This document shows positions 27,400-42,790 of a stretch of DNA of 64,000 bases, piece by piece (within the stretch, counting starts at the first letter, position 1; the number at the start of each line of letters is the position of its first letter). The notes below the pieces were generated by a model. That model was given only the letters and a program-made list of their open reading frames with translations. It was not told the DNA's origin and ran no database searches. Origin of the DNA: Eledone cirrhosa (Eukaryota); assembly GCA_964016885.1 (NCBI GenBank), contig OZ024745.1, positions 83,948,001-84,012,000 on the forward strand, given 5' to 3'. The translations under genes were made by a program, and so were the position numbers.

Positions 27400-27830
27400 A
27401 TACTCTAATACCTTAACATGCTAACCAGACCCCCACACACATATAACTCCCTCCCCCATTTCTACTAACGGAATCATTTTCCTACACACACACAAAGAAT
27501 ATATATATATTCTCTCCATCTTAACATGCTAACCATACCCACCCCCACACACATAACACCCATACACACACACATAACACCCATACACACACAACTCCTT
27601 CCCCCATTTCTAATAATAGAATAATTTTCCTACACACACACACATAATATATATATTCTCTCCATCTTAACATGCTAACCATATTCCCGCACACACATAC
27701 ACACACACACATAACACCCATACACACACACACATAATACCCATACACACACACAACTCCCTCCCCCATTTCTACTAAGAGAATCATCTTCCTACACATA
27801 CACACACACACAAACACAAGCACACAAATA
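27400..27830 (+). repeat. Imperfect minisatellite (~3 units of 140-170 bp) in the PLE 3' UTR
   Basis: CTTAACATGCTAACCA..AACTCCCTCCCCCATTTCTACTAA..GAATCATTTTCCTACAC is repeated. Confidence 0.8.
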
Positions 27831-28142
27831 AACATACATATCTCTTCTTTCTTTATTTCAATAGAAAGTCTGAATTCTGACACCCCAGCACACCAGCCAT
27901 ATTCACTGAAGCAGAACAACTCTCTCCATCCCGTTTTTCTTGACCATTATCTTTTGTTTGGCACAAAATTCTCTAAACGGCTACAAAATAAATTCCTAAA
28001 TACGGGCGCGAAATTTAATGTACTTGTTCACGTAACAGTCATAATTTCATTTATAACCAATCAAATTACATTTCAGCACATCAGTCATACTCAGAACGAC
28101 TCTCTCCATCCATTTTTCTTGAACATTATCTTTTGTTTCGGT

Positions 28143-28323
28143 GAATTGGCAGTATCGGTAGAGGGTCGGATATGCTTTCCAGCATAGTTACGTCCCTTTA
28201 CGATCTGAGTTCAATTCCCGCCGAGGTTAACTTTGCCTTTCATCCTTACGGGGTCGATAAAATAAAGTACCAGTAATGTACTTGATTAATTGCTGGCCTT
28301 GTGCCAAAAAGTAGAAACAATAA
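28143..28323 (+). mobile_element. tRNA-derived SINE nested in the PLE 3' UTR
   Basis: Same family as 20815-20993; flanked by repeated TTATCTTTTGTTT / TAATCTTTTGTTT (possible TSD). Confidence 0.85.
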
Positions 28324-28898
28324 TCTTTTGTTTGGAACAAAATTCTTCTCTATATAGCTACAAAAAAATTCCAGAATACGGGCGCGACTTTAATGTACTT
28401 GATCACGTGACAGTCACTATTTCATTTATAACCAATCAAATTACATTTATGAAAAAAAGCCTTCGTGAGCCACCTTTGTTTAAGTAAAAAGAAATTCAAA
28501 CACAAACTGGCGCGTACGCCGATGTGCTTATTCACGTGACTGTATCAACGAACCAAACTTCACTCATATATAAAAAAAACAACCTCAGCACCCCCCCCCC
28601 TGTTTGAAGGCACATTTAATACGAACTTTGTAACGCGAACTGGCGCGAAATTTATTATTCTTAATCACCAACCAACCAAATTACTTCTCTAAAAACCTAG
28701 CATTTCGAGCCACTTTTTTCCATATAAAACAGAAGTAACATTCAAAAACCAACCAGCTGTGAGAAAAACCACAAAACCTCCATCTCAATTCTACTTTTGA
28801 AAAGCAGAAGAACTGCGAAACCGGTAATGGAACCAAATAAAAATAAATATATATTTAAATAAAAAAAACTCCAGTTGCATTTTCGATTTCATCTTTTT

Positions 28899-28947
<49 letters not shown>

Positions 28948-29057
28948 TTGAAAAAAATGAAAACGAAATTTCATTTCTCACTCTTTTATGGCACTTACTT
29001 AAATGTAAGTATGTATGTATACGTACATACATATATGTATACAGACGTACAGTAGCA

Positions 29058-29156
<99 letters not shown>

Positions 29157-29318
29157 GCATACAGGTACACATACATATATGCACGCATCAGTTTAGCCGG
29201 CGTTTATTATAACGCAGGCCGCTTTGTTCGTTTGTTTGTCAACAAAGCGAACAGCCTGAATTTATGCCATACGGTGTTAAGGCAACCACGTCACCTTTTT
29301 GTTCAACACTGACACAGG

Positions 29319-31479
<2,161 letters not shown>

Positions 31480-31719
31480 TACCCATCTGCCAGATAGTTG
31501 AACATTCGAAAGTATATACTTTCCTTATGAAAATTAACGGCTGAGCAGCCTAATTTGCATATTGAGTGAGTTAAATCGGTCAGGCATACCGAAAATGATA
31601 AGTTGAAAAAAATGAAAACGAAATTTCATTTCTCACTCTTAGTATGGCACTTACTTAAATGTAAGTATGTATGTATACGTACATACATATATGTATACAG
31701 ACGTACAGTAGCATGCATA

Positions 31720-31788
<69 letters not shown>

Positions 31789-31995
31789 GCATACAGGTAC
31801 ACATACATATATGCACGCATCAGTTTAGCCGGCGTTTATTATAACGCAGGCCGCTTTGTTCGTTTGTTTGTCAACAAAGCGAACAGCCTGAATTTATGCC
31901 ATAACTCACTCAATATGCAAATTAGGCTGCTCAGCCGTTAATTTTCATAAGGAAAGTATATACTTTCGAATGTTCAACTATCTGGCAGATGGGTA

Positions 31996-33102
<1,107 letters not shown>

Positions 33103-33264
33103 CCTGTGTCAGTGTTGAACAAAAAGGTGACGTGGTTGCCTTAACACCGTATGGCATAAATTCAGGCTGTTCGCTTTGTTGACAAACAAACGAACAAAGC
33201 GGCCTGCGTTATAATAAACGCCGGCTAAACTGATGCGTGCATATATGTATGTGTACCTGTATGC

Positions 33265-33333
<69 letters not shown>

Positions 33334-33392
33334 TATGCATGCTACTGTACGTCTGTATACATATATGTATGTACGTATACATACATACTTAC

Positions 33393-33468
<76 letters not shown>

Positions 33469-33719
33469 AAAAAAGATGAAATCGAAAATATATATATATA
33501 TATATAATGTATAATTATTTTTTTATATATCTCTTGCATTACTTTTATTTATATTCTTTTTTTGTCCGTTAAACTCTGGCCTTTCTTGAGGAGATTTTTC
33601 AAATATTTCACTATGTTTTATATTGCCTTGTCCGATGAACGAACTTACATAGAGCACTCTTCACTCCTATGACTTTTTCAATTTTCAACGGAAACTTCAA
33701 TACTTATATATATATATAT

Positions 33720-33918
33720 CAGATAGAGTGTGGTAAAAAAACCGGTGAACCCTAACCCGCCAGAGTACTCGATTCTTGGGGTAGTAGAGTGGGTAATATG
33801 AAAAGATTCAGGACCCCGATGGCTGAACTCCGGCCGTTTCGACAGCTAGATCCGAACTGTCGGATCTAGCTGCCGATACGGCCGGAGCTCAGCTGTCAGG
33901 GTCCTGATTCTTTTCATA
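33720..33918 (-). mobile_element. Fold-back fragment with an HHR 3' half (relative of 1001-1200)
   Basis: Palindrome 33797-33918. Minus strand: ..CAGCTAGATCCGA-CAGT-TCGGATCTAGCTGTC-GAAA-CGGC..GCCA-TC-GGGGTC. Confidence 0.75.
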
Positions 33919-34063
33919 TATATATAAATATATATATAAACAGTGTCTGTCAGATTTTTTAGGACATTTGCTTGAATTCAGAAAAAGAGGCTTTGCACAT
34001 CAAGGAAATTCTATATTTAGATATTTACTATACCTTTTAGCTTGTATGTGCCATCTTTTCTTT

Positions 34064-34115
<52 letters not shown>

Positions 34116-34225
34116 GTATATATTTATATATATATTAATATATATATATATTTAAATATATATGAAGCACTACCGAAGGATTCAAGTCCCAAAGTTCTAC
34201 CATACGTCCAAAATACATATGCATG

Positions 34226-34308
<83 letters not shown>

Positions 34309-34579
34309 CTGGAGTTAAACTTTGGAGGCAGCCCGGGGCACTTTAGGTTCATGTTCAGAGAAGCCCTCATACATAACAAATAAAAATACACAACAAATAC
34401 TCAGGTTTACATTTCAAAGTCGCCTTGGTGGTGAATGTAATTGGAATTGTCAGGTTAACCACAGATGTTAAATGCAAAATTTCTTGCCACCTTCATGATA
34501 GGTGCACTTCTGCACTGCATGTTTTGGACGGATTGTACATATATACACACACACAAACACAGACTCACACACACACACA

Positions 34580-34645
<66 letters not shown>

Positions 34646-34799
34646 AATTAATAAAAACAATGAATAAAAACAAAGAAACAGTTCCTTATATTAATAAATT
34701 CATCAATTTATGATCGTTTCTAGGATATGTATATCATATAGATCGATGGTATGTATATCATATAGATCGATGTAAAAAATTTACAAACTAATTTATATA

Positions 34800-35310
34800 T
34801 ATATAGTGTATTTGGTAATACACTGTATGCTTAATTAAAAGCATTTTGAAGACGCTATTGTTTTAAAGTAGTGACTATGTCACTTACTTGTTTTTTCAAC
34901 AAACTAAGGGAGATAAGCTGGCAGATCTCTGTTTCATACTGTTGGTATTCCTCAGAGCTTAGCACTCCCATTGACTGTTGGAAATTATGAATGTTGGATT
35001 CTTATAGAATTTCAGTAATAATCAGGGACTGATTATACAGAGCTGTTGCCGATCCGGCAAAAATTGAAAATTATAATTGGTGCTCTGAAATAGCGATGTG
35101 TATATGAATGTATATCTAGTGTATTTGGTAATACACTGTATGCTTAATTAAAAGCATTTTGAAGACATTACGCTATTGTTTTAAAGTAGTGACTATGTCA
35201 CTTCTTTTTTCAACAAACAAAGGGAGATAAGCTGACAGATCTCTTTTTCATACTGTTGGTTTTCCTCTGAGCTTAGCACCCCCTTGTCTGTTGGAAATTA
35301 TGAATGTTTT
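34800..35310 (-). mobile_element. Retrozyme-like tandem, 314-bp period, 1.6 copies; mutated HHRs at 34914-34961 and 35228-35275
   Basis: Minus strand: TAAGCT-CTGAGGA-ATAC-CAACA-GTAT-GAAA-CAGA-GA-TCTG-(C/T)C-AGCTTA. Confidence 0.82.
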
Positions 35311-35329
35311 ATATATATATATATATATA

Positions 35330-35713
35330 TTGTTATGCTTTGGGAGGGATATGTTGGCAATAAAAACACACGCACCAGTTGCTTTCACTCTAATTTATTA
35401 TAAGTTAAATTTATAAATTTAATCATTTATAAATTTCCGGTTGGTTGGTTGGTTCCACAACCGGACGGTTGTTCATATATTGTCAAAGTTCTTTCGTCAC
35501 AATTCTGTGACCTCTTCAGTGACTGGGATACTTTTCTTTGTTTTTGTGAATCTCCTTTATTCTGTCCTACGCCATCTTGTTTTTGTGTGTGTTGTGTGCT
35601 TAGTTGGCGCATGTGTTACATCCGGGTGTCTGTGTGTGTTTATTTTGGCAACATGACCCTCCCCAAGCATAACAATATCAGATAAAGAGTCTTGCTAATC
35701 AAATTCAGAAACG

Positions 35714-35715
<2 letters not shown>
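35330..35715 (-). mobile_element. Solo pLTR of PLE family A with inverted tip; HHR at 35482-35523
   Basis: Homologous to 650-968. Minus strand: GTCA-CTGAAGA-G-GTCACA-GAAT-TGTGAC-GAAA-GAAC-TT-TGAC. 35633-35677 is an inverted copy of 35330-35375. Confidence 0.85.
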
Positions 35716-35752
<37 letters not shown>

Positions 35753-35756
<4 letters not shown>

Positions 35757-36412
35757 AGTTAATATAAATTAATATATTTGATAAACACAAATACCAACAT
35801 ATAAGTGTTTGTATCGTAAATGACTAAGTTAGCTAGATTGAAAAATACTAATTATAATAATACAGTTTGCCTGTCTCGATTTAAAATAATAAATCAATAA
35901 AAACAAATCATATTGGCAAATGGCCGTGGTACTTGGACAAATTTAAATTTCAAAATCCAAACCTACTCCGTAGATGAGTTTAAACTTCAAAATCCAAATA
36001 TGTTTCGATAAATGAAAAAGTGAAAAAATACCAAATTCAGATCTCTTCAGCAAGTACCCTGAAAAATTGGTATGTTTCATTTCAAAATATTTAAGAAGAC
36101 TGAATAACGCACATGGTTTTTCAGTGTCTAGCTGCCTCATACTCGTGCTACACTTTCTCATTTATCGAAACATATTTAGATTTTGAATTTTAAACTCATC
36201 TACGTAGCAGGTTTGGATTTTGAAATTTAAATTTGTTCAAGTACCACGGCCATTTGCCAATATGATTTGTTTTTATTGATTTATTATTTTAAATCGAGAC
36301 AGCCAAACTGTATTATTATAATTAGTATTTTTCAATCTAGCTAACTTAGTCATTTACAATACAAATGTTGGTATTTGTGTTTATCAAATATATTAATTTA
36401 TATTAACTTGTA
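35753..36412. mobile_element. Inverted-repeat element (~260-bp arms) carrying an HHR
   Basis: 35753-36022 and 36150-36412 are imperfect reverse complements. Confidence 0.82.
35928..36058 (-). ncRNA. Type I hammerhead with very long GU-rich helix III
   Basis: GGTACTTG-CTGAAGA-GAT..ATC-GAAA-CA(~60-nt hairpin)TG-TC-CAAGTACC. Perfect 8-bp stem I, GUC triplet. Confidence 0.85.
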
Positions 36413-36524
36413 TTACACGGCTCAGAAATACTTCCTTCTTTGAGCTATTTCATTGTAAAGGACTGTTTGAGTTTAGAACTCGTTATTCATAGTATATATA
36501 TATATATATATGAATATATATATA

Positions 36525-37159
36525 TAACAGATTAAAGTTTAAGCAAAGAATCGTTGCTTTCACTCTTAACGGGATCTTCTGAAACTAAAAAAATCAATCT
36601 GTGAACGCACAAATAAATATTTCTAAAAAAGTTGCAGCCGAAGAAAAACAGGAAGACGACACTTTGGTTCGTGGAGATATTCCCTGGCAATGAACGGAAA
36701 AAGCGAAGATAATACGTCATTATGTGGAACGTTGAGAACAATTACGCGCAAAGACAAAACCACGTTTATGTTACAAATGAAGTCGTAGACTAATATTCTA
36801 TTTAGGAAAGCGAATGATTCTCAGCTTCTGAGTTAAGAATATAGTAAATAAATTAGTAGAATGAAAATGACAGAGGTTACTGAAATCAACAATAATTAAA
36901 TATATACATACACGCATCCATATACGTACATACCCATGCATATGCGAAATCACCCGTCATGTTATGCATATACAACCACGTACACATAAACACGCGCACA
37001 CATACAAAAACCCGCGCGACACCTGTACCCGCACACATACGAACGTATACACCAAATACACATAAAAAATATATATGTGTGTGTTGCGTGTATACATAAA
37101 ATTATATAAACGTATGTAAATATACACACATAAATACGTATATAACGCATGCTTCTGTT

Positions 37160-37236
<77 letters not shown>

Positions 37237-37320
37237 TAATAATAATAAATTATAAATCTGAAGACCGTTAAGGGTGAAAGCAGCGATTCTTTGCTTAAAC
37301 CTTAATCTGTTATTTTAATA
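36525..37320 (-). mobile_element. Second copy of the 12625-13798 family with an inverted tip
   Basis: 36525-37150 is the reverse complement of ~13185-13795; 37255-37320 is an inverted terminal piece. Confidence 0.8.
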
Positions 37321-37390
37321 TATAGTTATTATATATTGGTAAACGGAATAGAAAATGCTGACAATTTGTCAGCATTATCTATTCCGTTTA

Positions 37391-37450
<60 letters not shown>

Positions 37451-37452
<2 letters not shown>

Positions 37453-37640
37453 GGAAAAAGTATGACCCCGACGGCAGAGCTCAAGCAGTTTGGACGGCTA
37501 TTTCTGGAAATAGCCGTCGAAACGGCTTGAGCTCTGCCGTCGGGGTCATACTTTTTCCTATTTCTCAGTCTACTACCCTAAGTATTGAGTACTCTGGTGT
37601 GTTATGGTCCATCTGGTTCCTTACCACAATTCCTTTGTTA
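37451..37640 (+). mobile_element. Fold-back fragment with an HHR 3' half
   Basis: Palindrome 37451-37560: GACGGCTATTTC-TG-GAAATAGCCGTC-GAAA-CGGC-TTGAGCTCT-GCCG-TC-GGGGTC. Confidence 0.8.
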
Positions 37641-37834
37641 TATATATATATATATATATACATATATATACACACTAACAAACAGATGTCCTTAGCACTA
37701 TACACTTTCTTTCTTTTTCTCTTCGTCTTTCTTTCTAACTGTCCTTAACATTTTCACTACCAAAACAACTTTTTAAATGGAAGTTGTAAAGTTTAAGGTA
37801 TGTAAAATTTATTTATAAAACTGTTTATATATTG

Positions 37835-37900
37835 TATTTTGTCTGAAGAGGGCATACCATATTTTTAATATGATATCCCTGAAATATATATAATGAAATA
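37835..37900 (+). ncRNA. Minimal type I hammerhead in a TA-flanked fragment (37675-37940)
   Basis: TATTTTGT-CTGAAGA-GGG..CATATT-TTT-AATATG..CCCT-GAAA-TATATA-TA-ATGAAATA. Confidence 0.75.
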
Positions 37901-37940
37901 AATATGGTTTTATAAATGTAGTTTCCATTTGTTTAATATC

Positions 37941-37980
<40 letters not shown>

Positions 37981-37986
<6 letters not shown>

Positions 37987-39925
37987 ATACTTGGGGAGGG
38001 TCATATTTGCGTAATATTGCCAGAATTAATAACAGAACACACTCACTGTTTGGTTGGTTTTCGCTTCTAGCTGTCTTTTATATCTGCGATCTAACTTACT
38101 CGGTCCTCAATGTTGCCATTGACTGACCGACGGTCAAAAATAATACAGATACAATATAGACACAAACACATATATATAGTTTACATAATTTACATAAATC
38201 TTTCGTTGCACATCTGCAACATCGTCAGTGGTGTTATATTTTTTTCCTCCTGTTGTGTTGTATGTCTACGCCATTTTTTTTTATTCAGTCTGTCTATATA
38301 TTTATTTATTTATTTGCTTGTTTGTTTATTTTATTTTATTTTGTCTTCTTTGCGCATGCGTTTGCGTGTGTGTATAGTGTTGTGTGCTGTGTGACTAGTG
38401 TGTATAGTGTTGTGTCTGCTGGGTGACTACTGTGTGTTTATGTGCTTGTTGTTATTGTGCTTGTGTATGTATTTATTTATCTTATTTCATTTTATTTTAT
38501 TTATTTACTTATTTATACTTCTCTTAGGTCAGTGTTGTTTGTTTGGGTGTTGTTTTGTTCCACTCATTCTTTCTGTTTAGCTTTGGTCTTCTAATTTCTA
38601 TTTCACTGGCCTCTCTGATTTGCCTATCTGCTGGGTCATTTCTATGTTTAGATATTATTCTAATTTCTATGTTGTCTATGTTACCGTCATGTTGTTGTCT
38701 AGCATGTTCGTATAGTACTGACCCGTTTTTTCGTCCTTTTAGTTCCCCCAAGTGTTGGTCTATCCTTTCACCTATGCTACGAGCTGTCTCACCTATGTAT
38801 GTTGTTGTCATGTTTCTGCAAGTACCCTCTGTACATCTTATGCTATAGACTACGTTTCTAGTTTTACAGTTTATCCGGGGGTTCACCTTACATATGATAC
38901 ATTTCCTATTGGTACAGTGGGTTTTCTTAAAAGGGTAGGTTTTGCTGATCAGTGATTCTATGGTGGTTCCTGGCTTTTCTACCACCTTTATTTTTAAGTG
39001 GGTCTTTCTCAGGGCCTTTCTACACTGGTTAGCTAATTTCCCTCCAGGGGTGGCGTCCACAAACATGACACTCTGATATCTCTGGTTGTCGTACCATGAT
39101 GTGGCCTTCCCTATCTTATGTCTAGCCCTATCTAAGCTATTCCATGATTTGCTCCTGTATAGTGGGCAAATTCCTTTCATGTCCAGTTCTATGAGGGTCT
39201 TATACTTTTCCATGGCTCCTTCGTATACTCTGACTCTGTCTCTTTGGTTGTAGCCAGAGAACTGAATGCGGTTGATGAAGTGTTGGGTGTGTCTTTCCAT
39301 TTCTGTTGGGTCGCACATGCTGGACACATTCTTCATCACTCGTACCAAATCTGCGATCAGAATATTAAACTTAGCACTACTGGACATTGCTGAGTTTTTT
39401 AGTATCAGGTATTTGGAGGCCATGGGTTTAGCATAGTGTGAGTGGAGAATTTGGGCTCTCTCGTATATAGTGTTAATCCAGAGTTCTGTGTCTAATACAG
39501 GTAGTCTATTGTTAGGGTGTTTGGAAGGGAAGTCGATAGTTACAGTTATACTCTGGTGTATGGAATTAGCTATCTGCTGGATGCTTTCCATCGTGCTATG
39601 TTCTAAATCAAACTTGTTAGTGCTCTCTAGTGGGGGTGTTCTTATAACTATATTGATATCGTCTACATAACGAGAGTACATGATGAGGTCTATGGAGCTT
39701 TCATTAAGGAGATCTTTAAGTCTCCTTTCCCACCATACCATGAAAAGGTTGGCAACATCACCAGCTATGCTGACGCCGATGGCTGCTCCCTCATTTTGGG
39801 GGTAGATTTTCTCATTGAACTTAAATATGTGGCCCTTTAGGGCAATATTACGCAAATATGACCCTCCCCAAGTATAACAATATCTGTTTCGACACACGAT
39901 TTCATATAAAAAACCTCGCTAAACA
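37981..39925 (-). mobile_element. 5'-truncated PLE family A with inverted pLTR tip (39841-39882); HHR at 38192-38233
   Basis: Open RT-GIY-YIG frame and inverted terminal 41 bp. Minus strand: CA-CTGACGA-T-GTTGCA-GATG-TGCAAC-GAAA-GATT-TA-TG. Confidence 0.92.
38524..39840 (-). CDS. PLE reverse transcriptase C-terminal half plus GIY-YIG endonuclease (5'-truncated, uninterrupted frame)
   Basis: QNEGAAIG, YSRYVDD, LPVLD, HYAKPM, MFVDATPGG, VVYSIRC..YIGETARS..ER..H. The first ~19 aa of the listed ORF come from the inverted pLTR. Confidence 0.9.
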   Translation of the reverse strand, partial: LKGHIFKFNEKIYPQNEGAAIGVSIAGDVANLFMVWWERRLKDLLNESSIDLIMYSRYVDDINIVIRTPPLESTNKFDLEHSTMESIQQIANSIHQSITVTIDFPSKHPNNRLPVLDTELWINTIYERAQILHSHYAKPMASKYLILKNSAMSSSAKFNILIADLVRVMKNVSSMCDPTEMERHTQHFINRIQFSGYNQRDRVRVYEGAMEKYKTLIELDMKGICPLYRSKSWNSLDRARHKIGKATSWYDNQRYQSVMFVDATPGGKLANQCRKALRKTHLKIKVVEKPGTTIESLISKTYPFKKTHCTNRKCIICKVNPRINCKTRNVVYSIRCTEGTCRNMTTTYIGETARSIGERIDQHLGELKGRKNGSVLYEHARQQHDGNIDNIEIRIISKHRNDPADRQIREASEIEIRRPKLNRKNEWNKTTPKQTTLT

Positions 39926-40116
39926 ATATATATATATATATATATGAAAATAAAACAAAGAAGCCTTCAATACATCAAAGGTCTTTATTAGCCAACAATG
40001 TTAAGGACTCATCAGGGCAATTAAAACTACAAGAAGCACTATCGGCCAATACTGCTCCCATTGGTTGAGCTTCCTCCTATATACTGGTGTTTTGGCCTTT
40101 ATATATATCTGACAGT

Positions 40117-42790
40117 ATGCTAACAAAGAGTTACCTGCCTTTATCTCTGAAGAATATTCCCACCCCCTCTAAGAACACCTACGAAAAACTCTTAATTGCT
40201 AGTGTTAACTCCTTCGTAAAAAGGATTAGATGGCGTGCTTTCCACTATGATATTAATAGGAATAGAAAGGACCCCAGGAATAGAACTCATTTCAATAACT
40301 ATGGCTTCAAAACTTATAAGAGCCCACCACATAATGTTCTATTGGATAATTTTGAAAATGACTTACTCTCTCTTGTCAAAAATATTAAGTATAGGCCATA
40401 TAATAGACATAGAAATTATAATAAGTTTGATAAGTTCCAGTCTAGACTTAAAAATATTGTTAAGGGTTTTAGTGCGAATAAGTCTATTCTTGTCCCGGCG
40501 GATAAGACTAAGAATCTATACTCTATGGATTACAGTGCTTACCGTGACTTTATTTATAAGGAGCTGCATAGAAATTATAAAAAGACTACGCAAGATAATT
40601 TGAACCATATCAATTGTGAGGGTCTTAAAATAGTCTCGGACCTTGGCCTCGATATGTATACCCAGCCATATTACCCTAGAGAACCGAGATTAACTCTTAA
40701 GGATCATAAGGTAGACTTCATTAGTAACCCCTCTGTTAGACTCATCTGTCCTTCTAAGTCCGATATAGCCATAATCAGTAAAAAAATCCTCGACCTTATT
40801 ATACCGGATGTTAGGGATAAAGTTAATTTTAACCTATGGGGGAACACTAAGGAGGTTATAGATTGGTTCTCTGGCATTAATAAACTTGAATCTAATAAGT
40901 TTATCCAGTTCGATATTGATGCCTACTACACATCGATTTCACCAATCCTCCTCAATCAAGCCTTAATGTTGGCCATGAGAGTGTCCAGCCTTACACGATC
41001 ACAGGTAGATATTATACAAGCAGCCCGTAGAACTATCATTAATTTTGAGGACACATTTTGGACCCGTAAAAACACGCCCAATAATTTCGACGTTACAATG
41101 GGTTCGAGTGATTCGGCCCAGGTAACTGATCTTGTTGGGTTGTTCCTCCTAAATGAACTATATGTTACCTTAAAGGCGGACTATATCGTGATGATGCATT
41201 GTTTGTGATTAACTCTAGCACCAATAATGTCGAGCATAATAAGAAGCTTTATAAATTTTTTAAAAGCTATAACCTTTCGATCACGATAGATAGAAACGAT
41301 AGAGCGCTCAACTTTTTAGATGTGACTTTGGACTTGGTCACTAATAGTTTTAAACCCTTCCATAAGCCTAATGAAATACTTTCTTATGTTAGTCCCAATT
41401 CTAACCACCCCAAATCTATGATAAGCTCTATAATTAAGGGTGTATCTAATAGGATTTCCACACTCTCTAAGGACGTAGGGACATTTAATGACCATGCGGA
41501 GTACTATAATAATGCCCTAGCTAATTCCGGTTACTCTGGTAAAATACATTATAATAATAGTAACCTTAGAAAGTCTCCGCTTACTTATAATAATAATAAC
41601 ATAATATCCCATAATATGGCCATGAATGGGAGTAGGAAGCATAATAATCGTAGAAATTACATAGGTGTATCTGAACCCATCCATAAGTTAACCCACCGGA
41701 CTCGTAATAGGGAATCTAATACCTCTAGGAATCAAGTCGAACCCTCTGAGCGCTCACTCATTGGTGATGCCTTTGCTAGATCTAATTCTAATAATGTTGT
41801 TTCTACTGATCCTATTATTGGCCCTAATCCCTTTGATAGGATTCCAGACAGCAGCAGATATACTAAAGGTAGAAACAGAAAGAGACTTAATGGAATTTCG
41901 GCTGATTCTAATAATGTGGTTTTAACTAATCCTTGTAGTAACCCTAGTCTTAATAATGGGATATTGGATAATGGTAGAGTCGGAAATGATAAAAATAGAA
42001 GGAGACTAAATACTTATTTTAACCCGCCATATAATCAGGAAGTATTAACTAATATCCCTAGGTCTTTCTTTTCTATCTTAGAGAAAAATTTCCCCCCTTC
42101 TCATAAATACCATAGTATTTTTAATAAAAATGTAATTAAACTCTCATTCTCTACCACCCCTAATATTAGTTCTCATTTAGCTAGCACTAACAATAGGAAA
42201 ATTAGGGATGGATACTCCTCTCTACATACTACTAGTCAGAACAGATCTGCAAATGCCTTACCACCAGAGCAGACCTTATCTAATACTAATCCTACGCGTA
42301 ATGCATCACTACTTCAGCCAATCAATAGCATCCGGAAGTGTAACTGTAGAGTGAGTGCTAACTGCCCTTTAAACGGTAACTGCCTCTCTAGGAACATCGT
42401 TTATGCTTGCGTAGTTATAACTAATTCCTCTAATAGAACATATATAGGCTCTACATCTAACACTTTTAAGACTAGGTTTAATTCTCATATCTCTAATTTC
42501 AAACATGTTAAGTTTAAGAATTCTACTTCTTTAGCACACTATATCTGGGATCTTAAGGGGGCTAATATACCATATAGCCTTAATTGGCGTTTAGTAGCAC
42601 GCTCTAATAACCTTCTACACATACTAAATTTTGTAATCTCTGTATCCTTGAGACACACTCTATAATTTTCTCTAGTGAATCCTTACTTAATAGAAAGTCT
42701 GAGATATTCTCTTCTTGCCCCCACGCTATTTCTAATTCTTACTTTTATTATAAACCTAAAGGTTCTAGTAGTGTAAATTGTATCCATTAG
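40117..42790 (+). pseudogene. PLE RT/GIY-YIG polyprotein with two frameshifts (~41170, ~42610)
   Basis: SLKNIP..KRIRWRA, ADKT, TLKDHK..NP.VRLICPSKS, QFDI, VTMGSSD, GGLYRDDAL, NFLDVT, FNPPY, CNCR..CPL..C..IVY..YIGST..FKTR..H, CNLC..E..CPH. Confidence 0.92.

Larger units (their letters stand above)
26230..28900 (+). mobile_element. 5'-truncated PLE (Neptune/Poseidon-type) with minisatellite 3' UTR, a nested SINE and a degenerate pLTR, between (TA)n tracts
   Basis: RT C-terminus HIQFTMEYSQDQIPFL..ETDIHYKPTDSKQYLLFTSNHPKHTKTNIPFNLARRICTIVS, then GIY-YIG. Confidence 0.88.

Noticed and set aside
33628-33705. CCGATGA...GAAAC motif
   Set aside because: Stems could not be assigned.
42340-42790. Selenoprotein-type Naiad (UGA at conserved Cys)
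   Set aside because: The conserved Cys positions here and at 3540-4110 use TGT/TGC; no in-frame UGA was seen there.
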